The notes beneath the pieces were generated by a model, which was not told the DNA's origin, searched no databases, and worked only from the letters and a program-made list of their open reading frames with translations. A stretch of DNA of 63,097 bases, the filler included, from Babesia bigemina (taxonomy: Eukaryota), in assembly GCF_000981445.1 (NCBI RefSeq). It is 17 parts of 17 records of this genome, joined end to end, with 100 filler letters (N's around TTAATTAATTAA, not from the genome) between each part and the next. Parts side by side here need not be neighbours in the genome. Positions count along the whole stretch, not along the records: positions 24,026 to 28,555 come from NW_012237078.1; positions 28,656 to 32,344 come from NW_012237080.1; positions 32,445 to 36,342 come from NW_012237081.1; 14 more parts are not named here. The stretch is one strand, 5' to 3'. Shown one piece after another: positions 24,056 to 35,916 of the stretch. The position numbers and the translations under genes were made by a program. Every line of letters begins with the position of its first letter. The stretch's first letter is position 1.

Positions 24056-25438
24056 TTAGGGAAGAACAACAACAGGACTCCAATTAGTTGTGGCAGCGTC
24101 TGCTATTCCGCCGAACGTTCCTACACTAAACTTGTTTACGAATTTATGTATACCCTGCTTAACAATCGCATCTCTGAGATTCACCACACCTTTCCTGACA
24201 GCTTCGTCCACTTTGGAAATACCGCTCAAAGCTTCGTCTACATCATTTACCACATTACTAACCACGTCTTGAATTTTTTTAGTGTACAGTTTTTCCAAGG
24301 CTATAACCGCTTCACTAATGATTCCATTCAAGCCGCGTAGCCCCTTCTTCGCTTGCTGTACAGACTTCCAAAGCGTGTCGGCACTTTGTTTCAATCTTAC
24401 TGCCGCATATTCGACCGTCTGATATTTTGTACCTGATATGTTCTTTGTATCGAATTTTCCTAAAACTTTCTCTACTGTCACCAGAGCGTCCGTCACTAGG
24501 TGCTCTGCTGTCGCAATCCATCTAATGAGAATATTGTTTATGCCATGAAGTTCCAATTTAATTTTAGAAATCGGCGTCTGAATCTCGCTTTCGAACCTAT
24601 TCTTTAAATTACTCTCCATACTCGTTATTATTTTCTTAACATTCTCGTTCACACCCTGCTTAAGCATCGATAGCTCTGTTCTAGCCGCCTTATTAAGTGC
24701 ATCCAAATCTTTATTCTCACAACTTGTTCGGAAACATTTCACAGCCTGTTGTATCAATTTCATTGGTGTTTCTAACCGTTTTCGTAGATCACAGTCCAGA
24801 TTTGGCATAGCCTCTTCCGCCTCCTCCACCTTATCAAGGTACTCCTTGGACCGCCTCGCCCAGTCCTTGAACTGCTTGTCAAGCGAATTACTTTTTTCTT
24901 TCTGAATATCATTTTGATGCTCAGCGATGCGTTGTTCAAGATTTTCTAATGGCATTTTAACCTCCTTAGTTCGTTCGTCAAAAAAGTGTTCCCACCCGGA
25001 CAGCAAGGACGAGACAAGCTTCATGACCTCAACTAAGCCTTTATGTCCGTTTCCTACGTATTTTTTTATTTTTTCTACAAATTCATCGACGTTTATTACA
25101 TACGTTTTAACCGCTTCATCATCTTTCACCGCTTCAAGCACACCACTCAAAAATCCCATCACTCCATCACACAGCCTATCCAAGTCAGAGTACACAATAC
25201 CAGTGCCGTCGTAGCCTTTGGAGTCTTTGTTGAAGCCGAGGAAGGTTTCGAGGTCAGTGCAGAGGTTATTAAGGATGTTATTAGGGTTGTTATTTGAGGT
25301 AATTTTAAGGTTCAAAATTTTGTCAAATTACTTGTCAAGCTCACTAGGCGGCACATGGTCAGGGCAGTGGCAAGAGGTGGAAGAGGGGAAGGGAAGGGTG
25401 ACAAGGCACAAGTTATTATTGTGGTCTAAAGAGGTCAC
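24056..25438 (-). pseudogene. ves1: ves1 5' part; leader begins GTG (25438) and has in-frame TAA (25328-25330)
   Basis: 419-aa frame with YSDLDRLCDGVMGFLSGVL downstream of the stop. Confidence 0.75.
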
Positions 25439-25466
25439 AGCGGTATTATGGCGAGGTAATTAAAGG

Positions 25467-26686
25467 GATGTAGAGTGGGTTAGGGAGCGATGTGGAGTGG
25501 TTTAAGGGGCGATGTAGAGTGGATAAAAGAGCGATGTAGAGTGGGTTAGGGAGCGATGTAGAGTGGGTTAGGGAGCGATGTAGAGTGGATAAAGGAGCGA
25601 TGTGGAGTGGATTAAGGAGCGATGTAGAGTGGGTTAAGGGGCGATGTAGAGTGGACAAAGCGGCGATGTAGAGTGGGTTAAGGGGCGATGTAGAGTGGAT
25701 TAGGGAGCGATGTAGAGTGAATGAAGGAGCGATGTAGAGTGGGTTAAGGGGCGATGTAGAGTGGATAAAGGAGCGATGTGGAGTGGATTAAGGAGCGATG
25801 TAGAGTGGGTTAAGGGGCGATGTAGAGTGGACAAAGGGGCGATGTAGAGTGGATAGAGGAGCGATGTAGAGTGGGTTAAGGGGCGATGTAGAGTGGATAG
25901 AGGAGCGATGTAGAGTGGGTTAAGGGGCGATGTAGAGTGGGTTAAGGGGCGATGGAGAGTGGATAAAGGGGCGATTAGAGGAGGTTAAGGGGCGATTAGA
26001 GGAGGTTAAGGGGCGATGTAGAGTGGATAAAGGAGCGATGTAGAGTGGATAAGGGAGCGATGTAGAGTGGGTAAAGGGGCGATGTGGAGTGGGTAAAGGA
26101 GCGATGTAGAGTGGGTAAAGGAGCGATGTGGAGTGGATTAGGGAGCGATGTAGAGTGGGTAAAGGGGCAATGTAGAGTGGGTAAAGGGGCGATGTAGAGT
26201 GGATAAAGGAGCGATGTAGAGTGGATAGAGGAGCGATGTAGAGTGGGTTAAGGGGCGATGTAGAGTGGGTAAAGGGGCGATGTAGAGTGGGTTAGGGAGC
26301 GATGTGGAGTGGGTTAAGGGACGATGTAGAGTGGGTTAGGGAGCGATGTGGAGTGGGTTAGGGAGCGATGTGGAGTGGGTTAGGGAGCGATGTGGAGTGG
26401 GTTAGGGAGCGATGTAGAGTGGATAAGGAGCGATGTGGAGTGGATAAGGAGCGATGTGGAGTGGGTAAAGGGGCGATGTAGAGTGGGTTAAGGGGCGATG
26501 AAGAGTGGATAAGGGAGCGATGTAGAGTGGGTTAAGGGGCGATGTAGAGTGGGTTAGGGAGCGATGTAGAGTGGGTTAGGGAGCGATGTAGAGTGGATAA
26601 AGGGGCGATGTAGAGTGGGTTAGGGAGCGATGTAGAGTGGGTTAGGGAGCGATGTAGAGTGGGTTAGGGAGCGATGTGGAGTGGAT
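25467..26686 (-). repeat. 22-bp array
   Basis: Direct reading of units. Confidence 0.97.
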
Positions 26687-26700
26687 AATAATCACCACTT

Positions 26701-27442
26701 GTAACCATGTCATCGCTGCAGTGAATATATGACCACTTGTGACCATGTCATCGTCGCCGTAACCATGTCATCGTCGCCGTAACCATGTCATCGCTGCCGT
26801 GACCATGTCATCGCTGCCGTGTCCATTTCATCGCTGCCGTGTCCATGTCATCGCTGCTGAGTCACTGTCATCGCTGCCGTGACCATGTCATCGCTGCCGT
26901 GACCATGTCATCGCTGCCGTGTCAATGTCATCGCTGCCGTGACCATGTCATCGCTGCCGTGACCATGTCATCGCTGCCGTGTCAATGTCATCGCTGCCGT
27001 GACCATGTCATCGCTGCTGAATCCCCTGTCATCGCTGCCGTGACCATGTCCTCGCTGCCGTGACCATAACAATGTCATCGCTGCCGTAACCATGTCATCG
27101 CTGCCGTGACCATAACAATGTCATCGCTGCCGTGACCATGTCATCGCTGCCGTGACCATAACAATGTCATCGCTGCCGTAACCATGTCATCGCTGCTTAA
27201 CCATTCCATCGCTGCCGTGACCATGTCATCGCTGCCGTGACCATGTAATCGCTGCCGTAACCATGTCATCGCTGCCGTGACCATGTCACCGCTGCCGTAA
27301 CCATGTCATCGCTGCCGTAACCATGTCATCGCTGCCGTAACCATGTCATCGCTGCCGTAACCATGTCATCGCTGCCGTAACCATGTCCTCGCTGCCGTGA
27401 CCATGACATCGCTGCCGTAACCATGACATCGCTGCCGTGACC
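26701..27442 (-). repeat. 20-bp array (longest copy, ~740 bp)
   Basis: gaccatgtcatcgctgccgt units, three with a 5-bp insertion. Confidence 0.95.
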
Positions 27443-27448
27443 GCTAAC

Positions 27449-27665
27449 TTGGTCAGGTGCTTGGTCATGGCATTGGTCAGGTGCTTGGTCACCGCTTTGG
27501 TCAACACGTTGGTCAGCACTTTGGTCAGCACGTTGGTCACCACCTTGGTCAGCACGTTGGTCACCACTTTGGTCATGGCATTGGTCAACACATTGGTCAA
27601 CACGTTGGTCAGCACTTTGGTCAACACTTTGGTCAGCACCTTGGTCAGCACTTTGGGCAGCACTT
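27449..27665 (-). repeat. 12-bp array
   Basis: ttggtca core at 12-bp period. Confidence 0.9.
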
Positions 27666-27790
27666 TAGTTAACTACTACACAATCACATACAACGATTAG
27701 TGAGTGATGCAACAGATTAAAGTACAATTCATGAGTTAGGTGAGTAGGTGATATGCTAGGTGAGTGTAGGTAGTAAACACGTGAGTACGA

Positions 27791-28477
27791 TTATGGCTGC
27801 AGGTAAAACACTCTGTTAAGCTTGTTAACACGTGCAGCGGCGAGTAGTGATTGAGCAGCAATCCTATGACTCGAGGGACTATGTAGATGCGATTTGATGT
27901 GGAGGAGGTCTAGGCGGATGACCATGATGTGGATGAGGTACAGGAAAGAGAGGAGCCAGAGGGTAAGGACAAGGTAGGAGAAGGGTTGTCTGATAGTCCA
28001 AATGAAGTTGTCACATTCCTCAAATAATTTGGTGAAATATTGCGATTTTAGTACGTTTTGTAATTGCGCGTACAGGTTACGGCAGTATCTTCTTTGATCA
28101 CCGGATAACAATTTTTTGACGTCGCCAAATGTGAAGCCGTAACTGTATAAAATGCTCATCACACCGCGGCATCCCACCAGCGATCGGCACTTGCAGCCGT
28201 AGCCATCGCCGTGCTTGCCCGGTTTACAAGAGCTGCCGTCGACGCATGTGCTGCATCCCCAATCTTGGCAAGAGATACTGCTGAATGAATCAAACAATGA
28301 TTTAAGATAGTCATACAGTGTCCATGGTAGATAAACGGCCCATGAGAGATACACGTTAGTATGTTTAGCTGCGATGTAGTAGTACGTGTCGCAGAATAGG
28401 GTCTGCAGGTACGGCCCGCAGTGGACGTTATCTTCGATTGCAAGCATACATGACTGACTCATCGCGAGGCTCGACAT
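27791..28477 (-). CDS. ves1: ves1 C-terminal fragment, type-B tail, 5'-partial
   Basis: CGPYL, YLSWAVYLPW, TM helix, tail NKLNRVFYLQP. Confidence 0.88.
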   Translation of the reverse strand: MSSLAMSQSCMLAIEDNVHCGPYLQTLFCDTYYYIAAKHTNVYLSWAVYLPWTLYDYLKSLFDSFSSISCQDWGCSTCVDGSSCKPGKHGDGYGCKCRSLVGCRGVMSILYSYGFTFGDVKKLLSGDQRRYCRNLYAQLQNVLKSQYFTKLFEECDNFIWTIRQPFSYLVLTLWLLSFLYLIHIMVIRLDLLHIKSHLHSPSSHRIAAQSLLAAARVNKLNRVFYLQP

Positions 28478-28655
28478 ATCAGCCGATTTGGAATATGATT
28501 ACTGCATTATGACTACTCTGACTGTGCCATAAGCGCCTAAGACGTCCGTCGCTTTNNNNNNNNNNNNNNNNNNNNNNNNNNNNNNNNNNNNNNNNNNNNT
28601 TAATTAATTAANNNNNNNNNNNNNNNNNNNNNNNNNNNNNNNNNNNNNNNNNNNN

Positions 28656-29376
28656 CCTTACCAATACAGTCATGTATTTTGCTAACTACACTATTAATAT
28701 TAGTTGAAGTTATGTAATTATCATAAGTTGTCACTTCATTTTCGTTTTTCACCGCACCAAGCACTCCACTCAAAAATCCCATCACCCCGTCACACAGCCT
28801 ATCCAAGTCGGAGTACACTATCCCAGTGCCATCGTAGCCTTTGGAAGCAGAGTTGAAGCCGAGGAAGGTTTCGAGGCCGTCACATAAATTATCTAAGAGA
28901 TTTTTTGGGTTATTATCAGAAGTTTTAAGTTTCTCATAATTTTCACAAAGCTTCTCCACTTTCTCCAAAGCCTGCAACTTGGAGTGCAATTTGTCTGACT
29001 CAGCAGAGGGAGAGGGGGAAGAAGGAGAGTTAATTACAGAAGGTTTAAGCTTCTTCATTGTCTCTTCAGTAAGCTTAATTTCAGTGGTAATTTTACTTTT
29101 TAGCTCACTAATTTTTCCGGTGTCATCAGCCTGGCCAGCAGACTTGACAGACTCAGAAAGGTTAGTAACAAGAGAAGAGTAAAGATGTTTAAGCTCTTCA
29201 TTACTGTTAATTTTAGCGATAATAGCATTCACAACGGCTTTCTTAACACTCTCACTTTGACCAACAAATCCGCCAAGCTGCCCAGCCAATTCACCAAGTT
29301 GAATACGGCTATCATTGATACCATTCAACTGCTTTTTCCTGGCATCCTCAGTAAGAGAATGGTCACCATCAACAAG
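28656..29376 (-). pseudogene. ves1: ves1 5' part, out of frame with a duplicated leader
   Basis: Frame opens after TAA 29377-29379 and carries IQLGELAGQLGGFVG and YSDLDRLCDGVMGFL. Leader ATGs at 29538 and 29402 both terminate early. Confidence 0.75.
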
Positions 29377-29566
29377 TTATTATAATGATTTATGGAGGTC
29401 ATAGCGTTAATAAGACGAAGTAATTCGAGAGATTTGGACTTAGGGTGAACATGATGGGACATGGCAGTGGCAAGAGGTGGAAGAAGGGAAGTGAAGGGTG
29501 ACAAGGCACAAGTTATTGCTATGGTTAACAGAGGTCATAGCGGTAATAAGACGAGGTGATTCAAGG

Positions 29567-30235
29567 GATGTGGAGTGGATAAAGGGGCGATGTAGAGTGG
29601 GTAAAGGGGCGATGTGGAGTGGGTTAGGGAGCGATGTAGAGTGGGTTAAAGGGCGATGTAGAGTGGATAATAATCACCACTTAGCTCACCATGTCATCGC
29701 TGCCGTGACCATGTCATCGCTGCCGTGTTGATGTCATCGCTGCCGTGACCATGTCATCGCTGCCGTAACCATGTCATCGCTGCCGTAACCATGTCATCGC
29801 TGCCGTGACCAAGACATCGCTGCCGTGACCAAGACATCGCTGCCGTAAGCATGTCATCGCTGCCGTGACCATGTCATCGCTGCCGTAACCATGTCATCGC
29901 TGCCGTGACCATGTCATCGCTGCCGTGACCATGTCATCGCTGCCGTAACCATGTCATCGCTGCCGTGACCAAGACATCGCTGCCGTAAGCATGTCATCGC
30001 TGCCGTGACCAAGACATCGCTGCCGTGACCATGTCATTGCTGCCGTGACCATGTCATCGCTGCTGTGACCATGTCATCGCTGCTGTGACCATCAACTTGG
30101 TCAGGTGCTTGGTCACCACTTTGGTCATGGCATTGGTCAGCACCTTGGTCAACACTTTGGTCAGCACCTTGGTCAGCACTTAGGTCAGTGTCTTGGTCAG
30201 CACTTAGGTCAGTGTCTTGGTCAGTTACTAAGTCA
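29567..30235 (-). repeat. Repeat cassette: short 22-bp array (29567-29667), 20-bp array (29688-30092), 12-bp array (30098-30235)
   Basis: Same units and order as the other cassettes. Confidence 0.93.
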
Positions 30236-30372
30236 GGTGGTAGGTCACCTCACTGCTCATGTGATTGATCATCAACGCAATCATTACTCTGTCTAGAACA
30301 TTAGATGTCAGTTGCCAGTTAGGTGATCAGTGGGATTTTGATTAAGAAATTTGCACCACCAAATTGTCAAGA

Positions 30373-30912
30373 TTAGCTGTAAAACGCGATGCAGAAGGGT
30401 ATCTTGCGTACGAGGAAATCGCGGATGTTGCGGCCCACCGGGAAGCGGAAGATGCACAGGTCGAGCAGGATGATGGCAACGATGACGGCGGCGATGACGG
30501 AGTAGGGAGGGGGGGAAGGTGTGGAGGCAGAATGAGATTCGTTTTCATCAATGAGAGCTTCGGTACGGGATGCATGATCTTGACCGCCGGCGTGAGGCTG
30601 AGCATCGGAGGAATCAGAGAGAGGGCGTGGAGCGGGGGGACTGCAGGTTTCAGGCTGCTCTTGACATTTCTGTATGCAACAGTTACATGGACAAGTGGGT
30701 TCAGTGCATTCTTTTTTTTTGGAACGACATCCCTTAGGATGACATTCCTTTGGACCCGAGTCCCTGTAGAAATACCAAATCAAACATACACGGCATGATT
30801 GAGTCTTACATACTTTACAACACCAGCGACAGCAGTTACACGTTTGATAAGTTATACAACTATAATCACACTCCGAACACGGAGCACCTGACCTAATCGT
30901 TATTCCCGACAT
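30373..30912 (-). CDS. Small Cys-rich single-pass membrane protein (179 aa), paralogue of 4702-5220
   Basis: CNCCRWCCKVC motif, Pro-rich linker, TM helix, identical C-terminal tail. Confidence 0.8.
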   Translation of the reverse strand: MSGITIRSGAPCSECDYSCITYQTCNCCRWCCKVCKTQSCRVCLIWYFYRDSGPKECHPKGCRSKKKECTEPTCPCNCCIQKCQEQPETCSPPAPRPLSDSSDAQPHAGGQDHASRTEALIDENESHSASTPSPPPYSVIAAVIVAIILLDLCIFRFPVGRNIRDFLVRKIPFCIAFYS

Positions 30913-30917
30913 CTTCC

Positions 30918-31739
30918 CTCAGCCTGCAGACATATCAATCACTCAAGCAGCACTCACCAACTGCAACACGTACCACTGCCGCTCCCAGTCCCCTCAACCT
31001 GCAAACTATCAATCACCTAAGCAACGCACTCACCAACTGCAACACTACCACTGCCCCTCCCAGTCCCCTCAACCTGCGAACATGTCAATCACCTAAGCAG
31101 CACTCACCAACTGCAACACTACCACTGCCGCTACCACTCCCCTCAACCTGCAAACATATCAATCACCTAGCAACGCACTCACCAACTGCAACACGTACCA
31201 CTGCCGCTCCCAGTCCCCTCAGCCTGCAAGCATATCAATCACCTAGCAAGCACTCACCAACTGCAACACTACCACTGCCACTCCCAGTCCCCTCAGCCTG
31301 CAAACATCAATCACTCAAGCAGCACTCACCAACTGCAACACTACCACTGCCACTCCCAGTCCCCTCAGCCTGCAAACATCAATCACTCAAGCAGCACTCA
31401 CCAACTGCAACACTACCACTGCCGCTACCAGTCCCCTCAACCTGCGAACATATCAATCACTCAAGCAACGCACTCACCAACTGCAACACTACCACTGCCG
31501 CTCCCAGTCCCCTCAACCTGCGAACATATCAATTACCTAAGCAGCACTCACCAACTGCAACACGTACCACTGCCGCTCCCACTCCCCTCAACCTGCGAAC
31601 ATATCAATTACCTAAGCAGCACTCACCAACTGCAACACGTACCACTGCCGCTCCCACTCCCCTCAACCTGCGAACATATCAATTACCTAAGCAGCACTCA
31701 CCAACTGCAACACTACCACTGCCACTCCCAGTCCCCTCA
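30918..31739 (-). repeat. ~75-bp tandem array (~11 units)
   Basis: Reverse complement of the 3926-4690 unit. Confidence 0.95.
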
Positions 31740-32344
31740 TGAACACGTACCCTCACCCCTGTGTCCCCCCAGCCCGGGCCACCGACACCCACGCTGCCCA
31801 GGATACCACAGCTGCGGCTGACGCGACGCATGTGACTAGCATCAACTGTCACTCTAAATTATTCACTATTCGCAACGCCATCAACATTGCGGCGACCCGT
31901 GCGCTCATCTCCCACAGTGCAGCAGCACCGTGCTACGAGCCGCGGTATCGGCGCCATGCTGGCGGAGCGCGTCGGCTACGTGCCTAAATGTGATATTAAC
32001 AATCGCTACATTGCCGCCTATAAACGCTACTTAACCAGGCCAACGCGGATTACGCCACTCTGCCAGTGACTCGCAACACACGACTTAGGTCACCCGCCGC
32101 GGCCCTCACGACCGCCTACGTTAGCGACCAATCACCCAGCCTCACGTGACACTGACTCAATGGGCAACGCGGACACCTCTCACAGTCAACGCCCAACTCA
32201 ACGCACCAGGCAATCAACGTGCTACAACACCTACCAAATCACGGTTCATCTGCCAGCTTAGAACGTTGCCTAGGTGCTTGCTTACCACTTTGCCTGGGTG
32301 CTTGCTTACCACTTTGCCTGGGTGCTGCTACCACGTCAGCCTTT
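31740..32344 (-). other. Conserved non-coding block upstream of the 75-bp array
   Basis: Highly similar to ~3320-3925 (+) and ~44104-44720 (-). Confidence 0.8.
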
Positions 32345-32444
32345 NNNNNNNNNNNNNNNNNNNNNNNNNNNNNNNNNNNNNNNNNNNNTTAATTAATTAA
32401 NNNNNNNNNNNNNNNNNNNNNNNNNNNNNNNNNNNNNNNNNNNN

Positions 32445-33692
32445 CAATGTCCTAAGCAAGAATGCCACCAAAGGCCCGGCCAAAGTGGCAACCAAAGGAA
32501 TGAGCATTTCCCCAATTGCGGCGTCAAGTCGCCACTGCAATCGTTCTTGGAGGACGGTTTGAAAGGCCACCTGCCGCATTCGGTGTCAGCTAGGGGATCC
32601 AGTCTGTCATGTGGCACGTGTGGTAGCACACTTGGTATGCCGTGCAGAACGCCAATGGGCTTCGCTGACATCAGTGCCATTGCGTCGCATACGATGATGG
32701 GCCGGAATATATGCGAGGTGCTTTACTATTTCTGTGGGAGTGCAAAATCTCCTCTTACTAAACTGTGCGGTTACTTGAACTGCCTTCTGCCTAGTGCGCC
32801 GAAAACGCTGGCGGACATGTTCAGCTTCTACTATCATCTCACCGATCGCTGGGGTATGCATGGTCAAGAGCATAAGAAAGATGCATTTGACGAGCAAGTT
32901 AAAGCTGCCAATTTCGGACGTCAGTATACTGCGTTGAACGTCTACCACTTATTTACCCCTAGTCACTCAGCATTGAAGAAAGGCCACTCCGATGGCAGCC
33001 TGGGCAGTCTCGTATGCTTATCACGGGACGCCGTCGTATGCGGTCCTTATCTGCGGCCCATCAGTCACGCCATCTACGAGACGTTCTCGTCAAAACACGC
33101 CGATAAGTATTTGTCGTGGATCGTTTACCTGACGGCATCGTTCTACGATCTGCTTAAGAAATTGTATGATGAGTGCAATTCCAAATGCGGTTCCAGGGGA
33201 TCGAATTGCCACGTGAAAGCGTGCGTCAAGGAGTGTCCTACTACATCCAAACAAGATCCGCCACGATATCACGATACCAAATGCAAATCCATTGTAAGCT
33301 GCAATGCTACGCTGCCAACATTGGCAAAATACGGATTCGTTTTCGGCAACCCAGAAAAGCTAGACGGAAGTGAACGATCGCAAACGAAACGCACGTGCAG
33401 AGATCTCTGTACAGTATTTGCGGAGGCATTTGAGGAAGACTCACATCTTGTGAAGTTTTTCAAAGCCATTGATAATTTCATATTCACCATCAGAGAGCCG
33501 TTTATATGGCTCAACGTCGCACTCTGGCTCCTCTCTTTCCTCTACCTCACCCACATCATGGTCATCCGCCTCGACCTGCTCCACATCAAATCGCACTTAC
33601 ATAGTCCCTCATCACATCGCATCGCTGCTCAATCACTACTCGCTGCCGCACGTGTTAACAAACTTAACAGAGTGTTTTACCTGCAACCATAA
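32445..33692 (+). CDS. ves1: ves1 C-terminal fragment, type-B tail, 5'-partial
   Basis: Frame open from the gap. KSPLQSFLEDGL, CRTPMGF, TM helix, NKLNRVFYLQP. Confidence 0.9.
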   Translation, partial: QCPKQECHQRPGQSGNQRNEHFPNCGVKSPLQSFLEDGLKGHLPHSVSARGSSLSCGTCGSTLGMPCRTPMGFADISAIASHTMMGRNICEVLYYFCGSAKSPLTKLCGYLNCLLPSAPKTLADMFSFYYHLTDRWGMHGQEHKKDAFDEQVKAANFGRQYTALNVYHLFTPSHSALKKGHSDGSLGSLVCLSRDAVVCGPYLRPISHAIYETFSSKHADKYLSWIVYLTASFYDLLKKLYDECNSKCGSRGSNCHVKACVKECPTTSKQDPPRYHDTKCKSIVSCNATLPTLAKYGFVFGNPEKLDGSERSQTKRTCRDLCTVFAEAFEEDSHLVKFFKAIDNFIFTIREPFIWLNVALWLLSFLYLTHIMVIRLDLLHIKSHLHSPSSHRIAAQSLLAAARVNKLNRVFYLQP

Positions 33693-33845
33693 TCGTACTC
33701 ACGTGTTTACTACCTACACTCACCTAGCATATCACCTACTCACCTAACTTATGAATTGTGCTTTAAGCTGTTGCATCACTCATTCATCGTTGTATGTTGT
33801 TGTGTAGTAGTTAACTAAAGTGATGATCAACCACCTGACCTAGTA

Positions 33846-35692
33846 GCTGACCAATGCCATGACCAATGTGCTGACCAATGCCACGACCAGAGTGCTGACC
33901 AATGCCATGACCAATGTGCTGACCAATGCCATGACCAATGTGCTGACCAAGATGCTGACCAGAGTGCTGACCAAGGTGCTGACCAAGGTGCTGACCAATG
34001 CCATGACCAACGTGCTGACCAACGTGCTGACCAATGCCATGACCAAAATGCTGCCCAAAGTGCTGCCCAATGTGGTGACCAATGCCATGACCAAAGTGGT
34101 GACCAATGTGCTGACCAACCACCTGACCAATGCCACGACCAAAGTGGTGACCAATGCCATGACCAGAGTGGTGACCAATGTGCTGACCAAGGTGGTGACC
34201 AAGTTGATGGGCACGGCAGCGATGACATGGGCACGGCAGCGATGACATGGTCACAAGTGGTGTTTATTATCCACTCTACATCGCCCGTTTATCCACTCAA
34301 CATCGCTCCCTAATCCACTCCACATCGCCCCTTTATCCACTCTACATCGCCCTTTAACCACTCTACATCGCTCCCTAACCCACTCTACATCGCCCCTTAA
34401 CCCACTCTACATCGCTCCCTAACCCACTCTACATCGCCCCTTAACCCACTCTACATCGCCCCTTAATCCACTCCACATCGCTCCTCTACCCACTCTACAT
34501 CGCCCCTTTACCCACTCTACATCGCCCCTTTACCCACTCTACATCGCCCCTTTATCCACTCTACATGGCCCCTTAACCCACTCTACATCGCTCCCTTAAC
34601 CACTCTACATCGCCCCTTTATCCACTCTACATCGCCCCTAACCCACTCCACATCGCCCCTCTATCCACTCTACATCGCCCCTTAACCCACTCTACATCGC
34701 CCCTTTATCCACTCTACATCGCTCCCTAACCCACTCTACATCGCTCCTTAACCCACTCTACATCGCCCCTTAACCCACTCTACATCGCCCCTTAACCCAC
34801 TCTACATCGCCCCTTAACCCACTCTACATCGCCCCTTTATCCACTCTACATCGCCCCTTAACCCACTCTACATCGCTCTTTAACCCACTCTTCATCGCCC
34901 CTTAACCCACTCTACATCGCTCCCTTATCCACTCTACATCGCTCCCTTATCCACTCTTCATCGCCCCTTAACCCACTCTACATCGCTCCCTTATCCACTC
35001 TACATCGCTCCCTTATCCACTCTACATCGCCCCTTAATCCACTCTACATCGCCCCTTAACCTACTCCACATCGCCCCTTTATCCACTCCACATCGCTCCT
35101 TTATCCACTCTACATCGCTCCCTAACCCACTCTACATCGCCCCTTTACCCACTCCACATCGCCCCTTTACCCACTCCACATCGCCCCTTAACTCACTCTA
35201 CATCGCTCCCTAACCCACTCTACATCGCCCCTTTACCCACTCTACATCGCTCCTTTACCCACTCCACATCGCCCCTTAACCCACTCCACATCGCTCCCTA
35301 ACCCACTCTACATCGCCCCTTATCCACTCCACATCGCTCCCTAACCCACCTTACATCGCTCCTTAACCCACCTTACATCGCTCCTTTACCCACTCTACAT
35401 CGCTCCCTTATCCACCTCACATCGCCCCTTAACCCACTCCACTCTACATCGCTCCCTAACCCACTCTACATCGCTCCTTAACCCACTCTACATCGCCCCT
35501 TTATCCACTCCACATCGCTCCCTAATCCACTCCACATCGCCCCTTAACCCACTCTACATCGCTCCCTAATCCACTCCACATCGCTCCCTAACCCACCCTA
35601 CATCGCTCCCTAACCCACTCTACATCGCCCCTTTACCCACTCCACATCGCCCCTTTATCCACTCTACATCGCCCCTTAACCCACTCTACATC
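33846..35692 (+). repeat. Repeat cassette: 12-bp (33846-34203), 20-bp (34207-34254), 22-bp (34269-35692)
   Basis: Same units and order. Confidence 0.95.
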
Positions 35693-35718
35693 CCTAATCA
35701 CCTTCCCATAATACCGCT

Positions 35719-35916
35719 ATGACCTTCATTAACCATCCTAATAACTTGTGCCTTGTCACCCTTCACTTCCCTTCTTCCACCTCTTGCCACTGCCATGTCC
35801 CATCATGTTCACCTTAACTCCAAATCTCTCGAATTACTTCGCCTTATTAACGCTATGACCTCTTTAAACCATTATAATAACTTGTTGATACTGACCATTT
35901 TCTTACTGACGATGCT
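35719..35916 (+). pseudogene. ves1: Duplicated ves1 leader, interrupted after ...actgacgatgc
   Basis: Matches the 29340-29538 region (reverse complement) up to ~35915, then similarity ends. Confidence 0.7.
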
